In this document: positions 15,959 to 39,600 of the stretch, piece by piece
Position numbering within the stretch: position 1 is the first letter of the stretch
Layout of the letters: the number at the start of each line of letters is the position of its first letter
Origin: the human T2T-CHM13v2.0 reference genome, Homo sapiens
DNA: 64,000 nt
Assembly (NCBI RefSeq): GCF_009914755.1
Contig: NC_060936.1
Direction: 5' to 3' (one strand)
Position numbers and translations under genes: made by a program
Notes under the pieces: generated by a model
What the model saw: only the letters and a program-made list of their open reading frames with translations
What the model was told of the DNA's origin: nothing
Databases searched by the model: none

Positions 15959-18299
15959 GCCCTCTGTCCTTAAGAGTTTACCAAAATAAAAATAGTCTCC
16001 CTTTCTCTGGCACTATGTTTTGACTTTGCCTCAGAAGAAAAATGGAGTGATTATAAATATTTTTTGTGACCACTCTGGTAGAAAATATAGACTTTATTGT
16101 AACATTTATGTTCACAAATAGAATTATATAGTCTTCTAGGAGATTTTACCATTTGGAGGTGGGAAGAAAAATCTCTTTGCAAATGTAAAGCTCACATTGT
16201 GGAATGGCTGTTGCTGTGCTTTCTAACTCCTAACATTGGACCTTTTCTCATCGTTGTTCCAGTTTTTCCTTCCCCAGGAAGTTTTGCAGATTTCCCCAGC
16301 CACATTTCCTTTCTCCATTCTCTTCATGTCTGTGGTACTAGACTTTTAACATCCTTCCATGGTTACAATCTGCTTGAGGGAGGGAAATTATTCTCATAGT
16401 TGTGTTCCTAACATCTTAAAAAGAGCTTCTCAGGTAGGGGACGCTCAGTCACTCTTGATAGCTACCTGAAATGCCTTTTGATCTTAGTGTGCGCATATAG
16501 AATTGTCTTTTGCCTTTCATGGGTCTGCCTTGTCTTACTGGGAAGATTATTGGATCTCAGAGCATCCAGACTACCTCTCATCTTTTGTTCTTACACAGCA
16601 GTGACCAAATAGTAAGTTGGGCTCCAAACTCTGCACTGTGAGCTGGGGAAAGGGCACTCAATGCTCCCTGAATACCAAGATCCATTATGCTGCTGCAGCC
16701 AAAACAGGAAATAAATAATGCTGGACATCATCAGGCAGAGGATTTGAAACAGCTTTCCTCTGTGGCATCGCAGTGTTCCAGGACTTCGTTATATGAGCTG
16801 AGCCTACCTTGCCTTCTCATCTCTGGAGGCTCTTCACTTCACTCTGCTCATGTCATCACTCCTGTGTGTCTCAGACTTCCACTCATGACCCAAACAGCAC
16901 AGCCTCTGCAAACTTCGGTATCCCTCTTTCTGACTCTTACCCCTTGTTCTCCTGGCTCTTTTTATGTCCTTATTCTCACGACTCTTCTTGGAGGTTCTCC
17001 TCAAATCTGTCAGCTCCTTCCTTGACTCATGTCTATACCAAAACTAGATCCTGTTGTTGATTGCACACATTTCTCACATGAGGCATTCTTACTTCTCTTG
17101 CTCTGCATTACCTGCACACATAGAAATCCCAGCCCAGAACACTGCACAGTTTGCCTTTTCTTCTGTCCAGGCAGCGAGTGCTGCTTGAGGAAATCACAGC
17201 TAGGCAGACAAGTATGACAGACATACTCTCCGTAACCTCAGCTTATCTTTTGTCAGCAGCTTTTGCTAGTTTGTCACTGCATGGCCCAAACCTTTATCAC
17301 TGTCCTCAATGATCATGGCCATCTGTTGTTCCTCTCATTGTTAGCAAATAGCCTTGCTTTCTTTTTTGACTCACATTTCTATTGAACTGCCTGCTAATTG
17401 TCAACATCCCACCTATCCTGACTTCCAGGAGGTAGGAGAGAATGAAGCATCCTTCTTCCTTTAGAAGCCTGATGCCTTCATCAGAGATTTGACCCCATCC
17501 TTCCCCCCTTCTCTCTCCTCTAGTTCCAACTCCCTTGTCTATTAATTGCTTCCTCTGTTTTTAGTCTCCACTCTGACCCCACCACCTCTTCTACCTGCCC
17601 TTTCTCTTCCTTCTCCACTTCCAAACTTTTCATTCCTATTGTGGAATTTGTCTGCTGTTTCCACTAGTGTATTGAAACTGATCTCCTCAAATTATTAGTG
17701 AAGGCTTATCTAACCAATCCAATACCTTTCAATCCTTAATTTATCTAACTCTATTTTGATCTACCCATCCTTGAAATTTACATATCTTAGTTCTCTTTAT
17801 CTGGAGGTTCTCTGCCTCCTTTTTGGGCTTCTCTTTTATTTGCTTCCTAAACGTTGATTTTTCTCTATAATCCTGGTCCTACCGTTTATTTTACTCTTCA
17901 AGTTCTCTGGTTGGTTTTATGCCAAGGTTTCATCTGATAATGCCATTACGTGGCACTACTGAATATTACTGTTTCTTAGTAAGCTTTATATGAAATATGT
18001 CACAGGGTTGTTGATAGGAACATATGATCCCCCTTAGACTCCTTTATTCATGTGTTTACTTCACCTATATCTTATAGCAGGAGAATATAGTTACTCTTAA
18101 ATATGTGACAAAAGACCATCCTCCTCCCGAAAAGCTTGTCCTGTTTGAGTATATAGCCAGGCAGCTTGAGTGGATTCAGATAGAATACAGATATGGAAGG
18201 CAGATGATGTACATCTGGATAACCCTCACATTTAAATACAGCCTCCTAGATGCCACTTCTCTGTGGCTTACTCACTGTGTTCATGTGGCCTACTCACTA

Positions 18300-19090
18300 T
18301 GTTCAAAACCAATCGCATCATTTCTCTAGTACGTAACCCTTCTGATATTGTTCTCCATTTAGTCACACAGAAGCCTGAGAGTCATGTGAAGCTGCTAGCC
18401 CTTTCTCACACCCACATTCAGTCAAATTCCAGGACATACTGATCCTACCCAAATCTACCTGCTCTCCATTTCTACCATCATGGCCCTAATTTGTGTTCCC
18501 AAATCTTCTGGATTAAAGTATTAGCCTACTACCTGGTTTTTTTTGGGGCTACTATTATATCTTCCTCTAGTCCATTACACAGCTACCCCTAGAAGAGCAC
18601 TTTGAAGACACTAATATTGTTTCCTGGCTTACAACATTTAGGAAAGAGTCCACATTTCTGAGAATGGCATTCTTGGCTGGCTGTGACCTAGATCTGGCTT
18701 TGCACACCTCTGGCCCTGTTTCTTTTTGTTCTCTGGCCTAAACTATATGCACTAGAAGTATTGAAATTCTTCCCCTTACACATAATCTTCTTAGGCATTG
18801 CCTTTGCTCACGATGTTCCCCAACCTCCCTTACCTACCAAACCAGCTCTGACACTCAGCCCATTCCTCCCTGAAACCATTAGGCTGTGTTAGAAACCACC
18901 TTCTATGCTCCTGTGAGCCCTTGTCCATTGCTGTTATTATAGCAGTAATCAAACTCTACTGTAAATGTGTGTTTTCAGTTTCTTCCAGTAGCCTCAGCTG
19001 CTTGAGGTAAGGGATTAAATGCCTTGTTCACATTTCTATCTTCAAGGCCTGGTACAGAGCTAGGAATATAAGTGTTCGGTAGAGATTTAT
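18300..19090 (+). mobile_element. L2 fragments
   Basis: Pyrimidine-rich L2-like motifs and the terminal gcctggtacagagctagg...ataagtgtt. Confidence 0.5.
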
Positions 19091-19311
19091 TAAAATGGCA
19101 GAAGTTCCAAATCTATACCACTAAGATAGTTATTAACTTACCAGCTGTTTCCTCAAAAACAAACAAAACTTCTCCCAGTATCCCTGCTCTGAGAATGACT
19201 GATACTTTAGAGAAGTCAGTTTTGGCCAGTCACATAAAAGGATCCTTTGTGATGGATCTGATTACCTCAAGAATGGTAGAAACCTGGAATTAAATAAATA
19301 ATGGTTTACAT

Positions 19312-19490
19312 CTGTGTTTCTCAACCTTAGCTATACATTCATTTGTACCAGGTGGAGCTCTTAAAAAAAAAAAATCCTTAATCCCTTCTCAGATAATTAA
19401 ATCAGAATCTCTTGGTATGGGACCCAGGTATCAATAAATGCCAAACATACTTAGCAATTCCAGCGTGCAGCCAGAGTTTAAAACCGCTGG
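19312..19490. mobile_element. MER5-like hAT-Charlie MITE
   Basis: tgtttctcaacctt...aaatcagaatctct...gtgcagccagagtttaaaaccgctg. Confidence 0.7.
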
Positions 19491-21076
19491 GTTAGATAAA
19501 GGTTTGAGTGAGTTATCTAGTAGTAGTTGCTAAGGGAAATTAGAATTGAGTGAGACCTAACCCAAACTGTTTATAATTATGGTAGTTATTAGAATGGACC
19601 TTATGTGTCTGTCTAAACCAGAAGCCTTACTGTAGTTTTGTTTTTTTTTTAATGAGATCCTATTGAAAATTTATTAGTGACCAGAAATTTTGAGACCCTG
19701 TCTAAAAAAAAAAAAAAATTAGCCAAGTACAGTGGCTCATACCTGTAGTTCTAGCTGCTTGGGAGGATCACTTGAGCCCAGGAGTTTGAGGCCACAATAA
19801 CCTCCCTGGGATGCCAGTACTATTTCCAGATATGTCATTTGATTAACAGTATCTCATTATATTGACTTGTAATTGACTTCTTTGTAACTCCACACATATG
19901 TCCTAATCCTTCCCTGTGCAACAACTCAGAATAAATATTATTCCGAGGATAGGATGTGCAAATGTGTGAAAACTATTTTCTTGCTTCCTGTAAGTAATTT
20001 TTTTCAGGCTGAGTATTTCCAGTTACTTCAGCCTTTGCTTATCTTGAAAAGCAAGCTCTATGAGGGAAGGACCCATGTCTGAATGGCTACTACTCTGTTC
20101 TTAGCCCCTAGGATAGTACTTGGCATATTGTAAGTATTCAGTTAATGTCTGGTGTAAAAAGGGATGAATAAAGGAACCGTCTGGGTTCGTACACCTCTTT
20201 ATCCTGCTAACTCTGGCATTCTGACTCCTTAAAAGGAACCTTGTACTCCTGTGATAACATCCATACAAAGTACATATAGCATCCACTTGTATATCTTAAT
20301 TTCCTGAAATAGTATGGCATTGCCTTTATTGTCAGCTAAAATTTGTAACTGATCTTTACTTATATTGCTGGTGAAAGGATTAAAAACAGGGTAAGGACAG
20401 AGACCTGTACCTGATGTCAGAAACTTCTCTCCATAAGGACATGACCCTTTGGTCAGCTAATTGTGGATCTCTCTTGCTGTACTTTAATTCAGTCATTGTT
20501 GCTTCTTCTTTCAGTGGCTGTGGGAGCAAAGAGTAAGAAACACTAAAACTTCCTGGAGAAATTAGGTAATGACATAAGAATGGATAATGTTTGATCTTGC
20601 AACATGGGTAAGGTTTTACCAAGAGACAAGAAAAGGAAGAACATATCTGGCTTAGGAATAGCATAGATAAAGATGTTCAGGCAACTCAAGTGGTTCACCA
20701 TAGTTATAGGGAAATGTATGGTAGTTTGATAAAACATTTAGGGCATAGGGAGGTAGAAAAGCCACAATCACAGAGGATCCTAAATCTATGCCAAGGACTT
20801 AGTCCATTTTTCTATACGTACTGGGAGACCAAAAGGGAATTTTAAACAGGGAGTGAAACTTTTGTGTTTTACAGAGATGATGTTGCTGCAAACACTCATT
20901 GGAGTGAGAGAGACCAAAGGCAAAGAAGTCAAGTAGGAGGTCTCTAGGTGAAGAATTATGAGGCCCTGAATCAGGGCCACAGCAGTAGGAGTTGGTGGAA
21001 GACATTTAAGAGGGGGAATTTATAGGTTGTGGTGACTGATTGGATGTTAAAAAGAAACTCTAGAAAGACACTTGCT

Positions 21077-21710
21077 GGTTGGGCGCAGTGGCTTACATCT
21101 GTCATTTGAGCACTTTGAGAGGCCCAGCACTTTAGGAGGCCAAGGCATGAGGACTGCTTGAGGCTAGGAGTTCTAGACTAGCCTGGGCAACATAATGAGA
21201 CCCCTATCGCTGCAAAAAAAATTTTTTTAATTAGCCAGGCTGGGCATGGTGACCCACACCTGTAATCCCAGTACTTTGAGAGGCCAAAGCAGGAGGATTA
21301 CTTGAGCCCAAGACTTTGAAACCAGCCTGGGCAACATAGTGAGACCCTGTCTCTACAAAAATTTAAAGATTAGCTGAGTGTGATGGTATGTGCCTTTGGT
21401 CCCAGATACTCAGGAGGCTGAGGCGGGAGGATCACTTGAGCCCAGGAGGTCAAGACTGCAGTGAGCTGTGTTCGTGCCACTGTACTCCAGCCTGGATGAC
21501 AGAGTAAGACCCTGTCTCAAAAAAAAAAAAAAAAAAAAAAAAAAAAAGCCAGGTGCAGTGGCTCACACCTGTAGTTCTATCTACTTGGGAGGCTGAGGAG
21601 GGAGGATCACTTGAGCCCAAGAGTTTGAGGCCACGGTAAGCTATGATCATGCCACCGCACTCCGGCCTAGGTGACAAGAATGAGGCCTCGACTTTGGAAA
21701 AAAAAGAAAA
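21077..21710 (+). mobile_element. cluster of old Alu monomers and a dimer
   Basis: Left monomer, full Alu and right-type monomer in tandem. Confidence 0.85.
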
Positions 21711-22129
21711 GAAAGACACTTGTGTTACTGGGTCACTAGACGTCTTTTTTTTTTTTTTTTTTAAATAAGTCTTACCACGTGTCAGGCACCATTCTATGTT
21801 TTACAAATACTAACTCATTTAATTCCCACAATAACCCTATGAGGTCAATACTATTTTATCTCTCTTGGTCTTGAAAACCACTGTTTAATGTATTTTGTCT
21901 GTTTTGTTGTTGTTGGGGCAAGAGGTTAATTCTATTCTCTCGTATTCCATCTCGGCTGGAAGCAGAAGTTTATAAACATTGCATTTTAAATTTATTTTAA
22001 ATTTAGATTTTTTTAATTTCCATTTTTTGAATACTAAATTTGACTATTTCCTATATGTTTACATTTGCATTTCTTTTGTACTTTGTTCCTGTATATTGTT
22101 TGCTCTGTCTTCTGAAGATTTAAGGGTTT

Positions 22130-24990
<2,861 letters not shown>

Positions 24991-24992
24991 GC

Positions 24993-25445
24993 TATATTAG
25001 TTTTCTGTTGCTTGTAGCATATACCACAAACTTGGCAGCTTCAAACAGCATTTCCTTATCAGCTCTGTTGGTCAGAAGCGGTGCAAGCACAGCATGGCTG
25101 GGTTTTCTGCTCAGGATGTCTAAAGGCTGAAATCAGGGTGTCACCTGGACTGAGTTCTCATCTGGAGGCCGTGGGGAAAAATTCACTTTCAAGCTCACTC
25201 TTCTTGGCAGAATTCAGTTCCTTGTGGCTGCAGGACTGAGGTCCCTGCTTCCTAGCTGGCTTTCAGCTGGTGCTGCTCTTTGCTGCTGGAGCCTGCCATG
25301 TTCCTCACACTGCATTCCATCTTCAAGCCAGTAATGGTGCGTCACATTTTTCTTGGGCTTCTATCTCTGACTTCCGTTCTGTGACCAGCTGGAGACAACA
25401 CTTGTTTTTTTAATCTGTAAAGTGAGACTATTTGATTAGGTCAGG
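24993..25445 (-). mobile_element. MLT1D/E-like MaLR LTR
   Basis: tattagttttctgttgct...ccacaaacttggcagctt and ggcagaattcagttccttgtggctgcaggactgagg. Confidence 0.75.
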
Positions 25446-25807
25446 TTTGGTATTTTTTTCCGCAAAAAAAAAATTTGTAATGGTAGGTAGGATCATTCAG
25501 TTTTAAATCTTCAAATGTGGTGTGGAACTCCAGAGATTAAGGGGGTAAAAATGCAATTTATGTAGCTCTTCTCTTCCTAATCTTGGGGAGCTTCGGGCAC
25601 TGTAGATTTGCTTATAGAATATCTCTGATGTTCCTCTGTATAGTGGGTGTTTGTGTCATACCCAGCTGGTATGAAGAAGTTTAGACTGACAATTTAGGGA
25701 GCCTCCCAGTCATAGCAAACTTAACTTATGTTTCTTTCTTTTTCCCAGCTTTGTCTCCTCAGCACTCTGCTGTCACTCAAGGAAGTATCATCAAGAACAA
25801 GGAGGGC

Positions 25808-25840
25808 ATGGATGCTAAGTCACTAACTGCCTGGTCCCGG
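25808..25840 (+). CDS. ZNF10: ZNF10 exon 2 coding part, MDAKSLTAWSR (exon 25749-25840)
   Basis: Acceptor tttcccAG at 25747-48, ATG at 25808, donor CGG|GTAAGC. Confidence 0.95.
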
Positions 25841-25949
25841 GTAAGCTGGGCTTTCTTCCCAGTTTCCAACTGGGAATTCCTTTTTGCTTTAGTTCCTTTG
25901 CCAAAGATCTTCAGAAATTATATCTTCTTCTCCAGCAGACTAGAATTAG

Positions 25950-31800
<5,851 letters not shown>

Positions 31801-32342
31801 GCTGATAAGGGCCTTGCATCTGTCTCCTGTTTCTTTGTCAAATTGTTTTGCTACTGCTAAAATATAATCTCCCAACTCTTCTGTTTTTTTTTTTTTTAGT
31901 ACCTACCAATAGTCATGAAAAATGTTTTGGATAATTATTTTAGGTTATAAAACATGGCTAGGGTGGTAAATCTCTTAAGCATTAAGGTGTACTTGAATTA
32001 GGTTCTTTATTTACGTAGTATAAAAGTGGGTTAACTTTTTTGGAGAATGGATGATTCCCCCTGCCATAGCTGTTTAAAATTTAATTTAAATAAAAATGCT
32101 TATGACAGTTTTCTTTAACCTAAAGCATCACATAAAACTTGTTTTCAGACAGTAGGTACCTAATAGCCATTCCTTTTAAGACTTGACTAGAATAAATACT
32201 ACTCACTCCTAGAATAAATTGTGGTCCATCCACTTTACCTGCCCCAGTGCTGTCAGCTTAATTTCTCTTCCTGTTAGCGATCAGGAAAGGGGGATAGCAA
32301 AGATGCATATCTGGTGCAATGCAAATGTGTTTGATGTTGTAG

Positions 32343-32591
<249 letters not shown>

Positions 32592-32678
32592 TAGAACAGG
32601 GTTTTTTTACTCCAGCTTTTGTGGAAAACTTGTTTTAATGTATTGAAGTTTTAAAAATGCCTCTTTAAGGAGTTTTCT

Positions 32679-33038
<360 letters not shown>

Positions 33039-33123
33039 TCAGGTTGAATCTGAGATGTTTCTTCGTGCCTACCTCAGAGCTCCCCTGACTCTTACCCTGT
33101 TCTTTGTCTTTCACTGTGAACAG

Positions 33124-33219
33124 GTTATCAGCTTACTAAGCCAGATGTGATCCTCCGGTTGGAGAAGGGAGAAGAGCCCTGGCTGGTGGAGAGAGAAATT
33201 CACCAAGAGACCCATCCTG
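33124..33219 (+). CDS. ZNF10: ZNF10 exon 4, KRAB-B box
   Basis: 96-nt phase 1-1 exon, CAG|GTTATC...CCTG|GTGAG. Encodes GYQLTKPDVILRLEKGEEPWLVEREIHQETHP. Confidence 0.96.
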
Positions 33220-33734
33220 GTGAGGACCAGTCAAGAGTTGTCATAGGCAGCAGCCCAGATGGGCTGTGAGGTGCCAGAACTTCTAGAGATAGTGGTCACT
33301 GGCCCTCCTCACAGGCCCTTCTTCCTGGGAAGACTGAGTTTATCTGGCCCCTGTTTCCCCACTGCCAGTCTTTACATTCCATTTGCATTCAGAGGCAAAG
33401 GTTTCTCTGTCTGTTGACGTGCTTGGTTTCAGCGCTTGCACGTGTCGCTCTCCTAATTGTTACCACTCACTCTAGCATCTTGTGCTTTCGTTTGTCATAG
33501 AATCACTTCTTGCATTTTTGCCTCTCTTTGTTCTTTCATGTGACCCCTTCCCACAACTCAGTTCTCTGTGCAAGCTCTGGAGTGGGACTCTTATCACCTT
33601 CTTTTCTGAGAGTTTGTTTTCTGCCAGGTAGAAAACTGCTGCAGAGAGCTCATAATTCCTGTTGCCTCAACTCTCCTTCCTTTCCAGAATGGCTGCTCAC
33701 AGAAACACCAGTTTTTCCTACTGTACTTTAGATC

Positions 33735-34030
33735 TTTTTTTCTTTTCGAGATGGAGTTTCACTCAGTCTCCCAGGCTGGAGTGTAGTGGCGCGATCTAGG
33801 CTCACTGCAACCTCCGCCTCCCAGGTTTAAGCGATTCTTCCGCCTTAGCCTCCCAAAGAACCAGGAATTACAGGCATGCACCACCACGCCCAGCTAATTT
33901 TTGTATTTTTAGGAGAGATAGGGTTTTACCATGTTGGCTAGGCTGGTCTCGAACTCCTGACCTCAAGTGATCCGCCCACCTCGGCCTTCCAAAGTGCTGG
34001 GATTACAGGCGTGAGCCACCATGCCCAGCC
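33735..34030 (-). mobile_element. Alu (AluS-like) in ZNF10 intron 4
   Basis: Full reverse Alu. Confidence 0.92.
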
Positions 34031-35021
34031 TCTATCTAGTTTTGTATTTAATGTTTTAAAAATTTATTTATAGGCATTTCCCTGCATCTCAGACTTTGAG
34101 TGTGATGTAAATTAAATCTGAGTCTTACTTGTCCTGTAATTTAGCCTCAAGTTCTTTCCCATGAAGGCTTTTATGATTCCTCATTAAGTATTGGCCTCTT
34201 CCTCTTCTGAACTTCCACTTAGTTTAAATCTCTACTTTGAAATATTATCATAAGCTCTTTTTTACTTTTTAGTATTTGCCTTGTAGGTGATTGTATCAAA
34301 ATGGTATCTCAAAGCAAGTCTTTCTTTGGGACCATGGGAGGAAATATTGTTATATTTTCTTTTTATTACTTACCTTCTTTCTTTCTTTTCTATTTTGTTC
34401 ATCTAGTAAGCTTTCCTGAATGTCTGTTGACAAGTATCCAAAAATAACAATTATTAACTGGACCCAGCAGTTTATATTTTTATTGAGAATTTATTGTCAA
34501 AAGAAATACTCAGACTTCATGGGCTTAAAGGCATGGAGTTTTACAGAATCTACAAGGCTGTTAAATTCATTATCAAATCAAAAAATATAATGAATGATGA
34601 TTTTTAAAAATCAGATGATTAGTTGATTGATGGGTCCAACAGACTTCGACAATAACTTACTGGCATGGTTGTATTACATAATATGTGGAAGATTTTAGGA
34701 TATTAATAAAACACCTCATTCTTATGACCAAACTCTCCACTCAGAATTGTCCTCCATAAGTGCTCAGCACCCCCCTTATCATAGATATTCTTCATAGAAT
34801 CTTCCAGTTGGCATTTGTAGGTTGAAAAACTTCTCCATAAGATTTTCTGATGTTCTGGGTTGGGGAAAGGGAGGAAAGGGTGGTGTATTTCCTATTAAAA
34901 ATCATCAGGATGGGGAAGAAACTAGGAACTAACTAAGTGGTAAGGGACAGGACTGGTCGGGGTGGGATTGTATAAGGAAGTCATTTAGGGACCAGGCCTG
35001 GCACAGGGATCATTTACCAGG

Positions 35022-35461
35022 TGTATTAGTTTCCTGGGGCTGCGGTAACAAAGAACCAGCAGTTAGGTGGCTCAAAACAACCAAAATGTATCATGTCACA
35101 GCTGGAGGCTGTTAAGTCTAAAATGAAGATGTCAGTGGGGCTCTGCTACGCTTCTAGGAGAGGGTCTTTCCTTATCTCTTCCAGGCTCTGCTGGCCCCAG
35201 GTGTTCCTTGGCTTGTGGATATATCATTCCAGTCTTGGTCTCCATGTTCACATGGTCTCTTCCCCTGTGTCTGTGTCTTTTTTATGGAGGACCACCCTCA
35301 TACTGGATTAGGGGCCCATCCTATTTCTGGTACTACCTCATCATAACTAATTACATCTGGAAAGACTGTATTTCCAAATATGGTCATATTCTGAGATACT
35401 GAGGATTAAAACTTCAACATACCTTTTTGTCGGCGGGGGGGATACAGTTTAACCCATAATA
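35022..35461 (-). mobile_element. MLT1B/C-like MaLR solo LTR
   Basis: tgtattagtttcct...aacccataata with a 5-bp TSD CCAGG at 35017-21 and 35462-66. Confidence 0.88.
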
Positions 35462-36030
35462 CCAGGTAAGAGTGGAATGTCACCCCACTTATGTAAGATG
35501 AAGTGGTATCATCAGTGTATTTTTTAGGTTTGGGATTATATGTTTTACCTGAAAGACATTGAGAAACAGATAAAGCTCTTATTCAAGAGAAATAATTTGC
35601 AGTAATATACACAGGTAGCAGATGGCAGAAATTCTAAGAGCGTATGGGTCAGGCTTCAGATTCTAAGTTCACATCTTGTGGTAGTAGTCCTATCAGTTGT
35701 TAAGTCCTTATGTTTCAGAGCGAAGAAATCAAAAAAATGAGAAGAATGATGATGATTATTGTAAATCTTATTGCTTTGACCATAAATGTGCCAGAGACTG
35801 TAATAGGCTCATGCTTTATATAATATAATAATCTTAAATAACAAATACTGTCATCCTTAGATTACAGATAAGCAAAATGAATTCTTCAAAGTTTAGCAAC
35901 TCGTCTAAATTCACCACTAGTCGTAATATAAAACTTAGAACTTGCATCTTGGTAACTTTTGTGCAGTTACTCTTCCACCTTGTCATGTAGCTGCTCTGAG
36001 AGGTCTGTTGTGTCACTCATCTGGGTGTTA

Positions 36031-36652
<622 letters not shown>

Positions 36653-36817
36653 TTATTGTTTACCGCTCCATTCTTCCTTTTCTCATTCTCTATCAAAGTT
36701 ATAAAGCCATATTTGAAAGCAACTGTGTACATCTTGCATACTTTGTCTCCACATACATCCTAGCATTCTCACCTTAATACTCTGTTTAGTTACACAAACA
36801 TTTTTCATTTCTTTCAG

Positions 36818-38283
36818 ATTCAGAGACTGCATTTGAAATCAAATCATCAGTTTCCAGCAGGAGCATTTTTAAAGATAAGCAATCCTGTGACATTAAAATG
36901 GAAGGAATGGCAAGGAATGATCTCTGGTATTTGTCATTAGAAGAAGTCTGGAAATGTAGAGACCAGTTAGACAAGTATCAGGAAAACCCAGAGAGACATT
37001 TGAGGCAAGTGGCATTCACCCAAAAGAAAGTACTTACTCAGGAGAGAGTCTCTGAAAGTGGTAAATATGGGGGAAACTGTCTTCTTCCTGCTCAGCTAGT
37101 ACTGAGAGAGTATTTCCATAAACGTGACTCACATACTAAAAGTTTAAAACATGATTTAGTTCTTAATGGTCATCAGGACAGTTGTGCAAGTAACAGTAAT
37201 GAATGTGGTCAAACTTTCTGTCAAAACATTCACCTTATTCAGTTTGCAAGAACTCACACAGGTGATAAATCCTACAAATGCCCTGATAATGACAACTCTC
37301 TTACTCATGGTTCATCTCTTGGTATATCAAAGGGCATACATAGAGAGAAACCCTATGAATGTAAGGAATGTGGAAAATTCTTCAGCTGGCGCTCTAATCT
37401 TACTAGGCATCAGCTTATTCATACTGGAGAAAAACCCTATGAGTGTAAAGAATGTGGAAAGTCTTTCAGCCGGAGTTCTCACCTCATTGGACATCAAAAG
37501 ACCCATACTGGTGAGGAACCCTATGAATGTAAAGAATGTGGAAAATCCTTCAGCTGGTTCTCTCACCTTGTTACTCATCAGAGAACTCATACAGGAGACA
37601 AACTGTACACATGTAATCAGTGTGGGAAATCTTTTGTTCATAGCTCTAGGCTTATTAGACACCAGAGGACACATACTGGAGAGAAACCCTATGAATGTCC
37701 TGAATGTGGGAAATCTTTCAGACAGAGCACACATCTCATTCTGCATCAGAGAACCCATGTGAGAGTGAGGCCCTATGAATGCAATGAATGTGGAAAGTCT
37801 TACAGCCAGAGATCTCACCTTGTTGTGCATCATAGAATTCACACTGGACTAAAACCTTTTGAGTGTAAGGATTGTGGAAAATGTTTTAGTCGAAGCTCTC
37901 ACCTTTATTCACATCAAAGAACCCACACTGGAGAGAAACCATATGAGTGTCATGATTGTGGAAAATCTTTCAGCCAGAGTTCTGCCCTTATTGTGCATCA
38001 GAGGATACACACTGGAGAGAAACCATATGAATGCTGTCAGTGTGGGAAAGCCTTCATCCGGAAGAATGACCTCATTAAGCACCAGAGAATTCATGTTGGA
38101 GAAGAGACCTATAAATGTAATCAATGTGGCATTATCTTCAGCCAGAACTCTCCATTTATAGTTCATCAAATAGCTCACACTGGAGAGCAGTTCTTAACAT
38201 GCAATCAATGTGGGACAGCGCTTGTTAATACCTCTAACCTTATTGGATACCAGACAAATCATATTAGAGAAAATGCTTACTAA
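36818..38283 (+). CDS. ZNF10: ZNF10 exon 5: spacer and C2H2 array (9 canonical fingers, 1 atypical, degenerate flanking fingers)
   Basis: Acceptor ctttcAG at 36816-17. Reads [12 protein letters not shown]... in frame with ORF 36898..38283 and ends ENAY-TAA. Confidence 0.97.
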
Positions 38284-39344
38284 TAAATATGGGAATTTTT
38301 CACAAAGAGCAATGACTTTATTTTGCATTGGAGAACTCCTGGAGATAAGCTGTACAAATTGAATCTATGTGGAAATGCTTTCAGTCTTGTTACTATCCTA
38401 TTGCACATTAGAGAATTGGTCCTGGAAGGGAAAGAAACCACAGATTTTATTTCAGTACACAAATCCATCAGATTTTCTTCTTTTCATGAATTCCTACAGA
38501 AGTAATTGGCCTGAGAGCATTCTTGACCAAGTCTTAAATGCTAGAATCTGAGAAGGAATTATTAAATAGGTGAGTTGTTGAGCGAGAACCCCTTCATTTG
38601 AAAAGAAATGAGTATGCTACTATAGGGAGAGTTGTTGCTGAGAATTAAGAAATGATACAGTTAATGCAACAAAAGATGGAAAATAATATTTCAGTCAATA
38701 TGTCATTGTTTTCTTGACTATGTCTCTCTTCTGGGACATTTAGTAGTGTTTGGTATGTTTTATGTGTCTGGTAGAAACCATATTTTGGTTAACAGCAAGA
38801 AAAATGCTTATAATGTAGTACAATTAAAAACAACACATCTCCACTACCAGTGCTAACCCATTTTTAAGTACATTTGCATGTGGGCAAGAATTGAAAGTAT
38901 ACAGATAATTGAACAGAATTGATTTGTTAGATAAGGAGATTTTGACTGAGTTTTATAGTCTGTTTAATGTTGCTGTAATAATTATTTTAAGAAACTTTTA
39001 AATATTGTAAGAGGATATCTAGTTTCTCTATTCTACCATCAAAGAAGCTTTTGAGTACCACCTGTTAATGAGCTTTCCTATTCTAAATTGTTTTGGGTCA
39101 CAGAGTTCCACTTTTTCCACTCTTATTAGCACTGCAAAAGCTCCTGAGAATTTAAAAACACAGTAATTCTCTGGATGTTAGGACCTAGGGGAACATTGGG
39201 CATTTGAACATATCAGGGAGGGTCCCCATTTTAGTGGGAACAAGTATTTAAACAATATTTAGAGCAAGTGTCCTCATGTGATAAACAGAGCACAGTCCAA
39301 AGATACCCTCTTTCTCAAGGTAGTCTTTTATCTTTATAAAGAAA

Positions 39345-39600
39345 GATTAGTGTTTAAGAGCGTAGACTTGAGCTAGACTACCCAGGTTGAAACCCCACTA
39401 GCTGGGTGATCTTGAACATGCTGCTTAGCTTCTCTGTGCCAAACTTACTGATATCCTCATCTGTAAATTAGCGATAATAATAGTACTTACCTGGTAGGAT
39501 TATGGTGAGTATTAAATGAGTAAATGGAAACAGCTTAGAATAGTGCCTGACATATATTATGTTCTCTGTAGTTACTGGCTGTGATTATTAATAATATTGC
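39345..39600 (+). mobile_element. MIR in the ZNF10 3' UTR (a second MIR at about 40320-40500)
   Basis: Core cctcatctgtaaat...ataataatagtacttacc and cttagaatagtgcctgacata. Confidence 0.8.

Noticed and set aside
16990-17160. Minus-strand peptide TVQCSG...ASCEKCVQ, vaguely like a CR1 ORF1 zinc knuckle, in unassigned intron sequence
   Set aside because: Too short and weak to support without an HMM search (Dfam or tblastx).
37166-38178. 198-aa alternative-frame and 171-aa antisense ORFs over the ZNF10 fingers (similar ones at 1873-2513)
   Set aside because: Shadow ORFs caused by C2H2 codon periodicity are common to KZFP genes, and there is no independent support here.
37350-38190. 84-bp periodic array resembling a repeat-spacer locus
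   Set aside because: It is the coding C2H2 finger repeat (28 aa), not CRISPR or a satellite.
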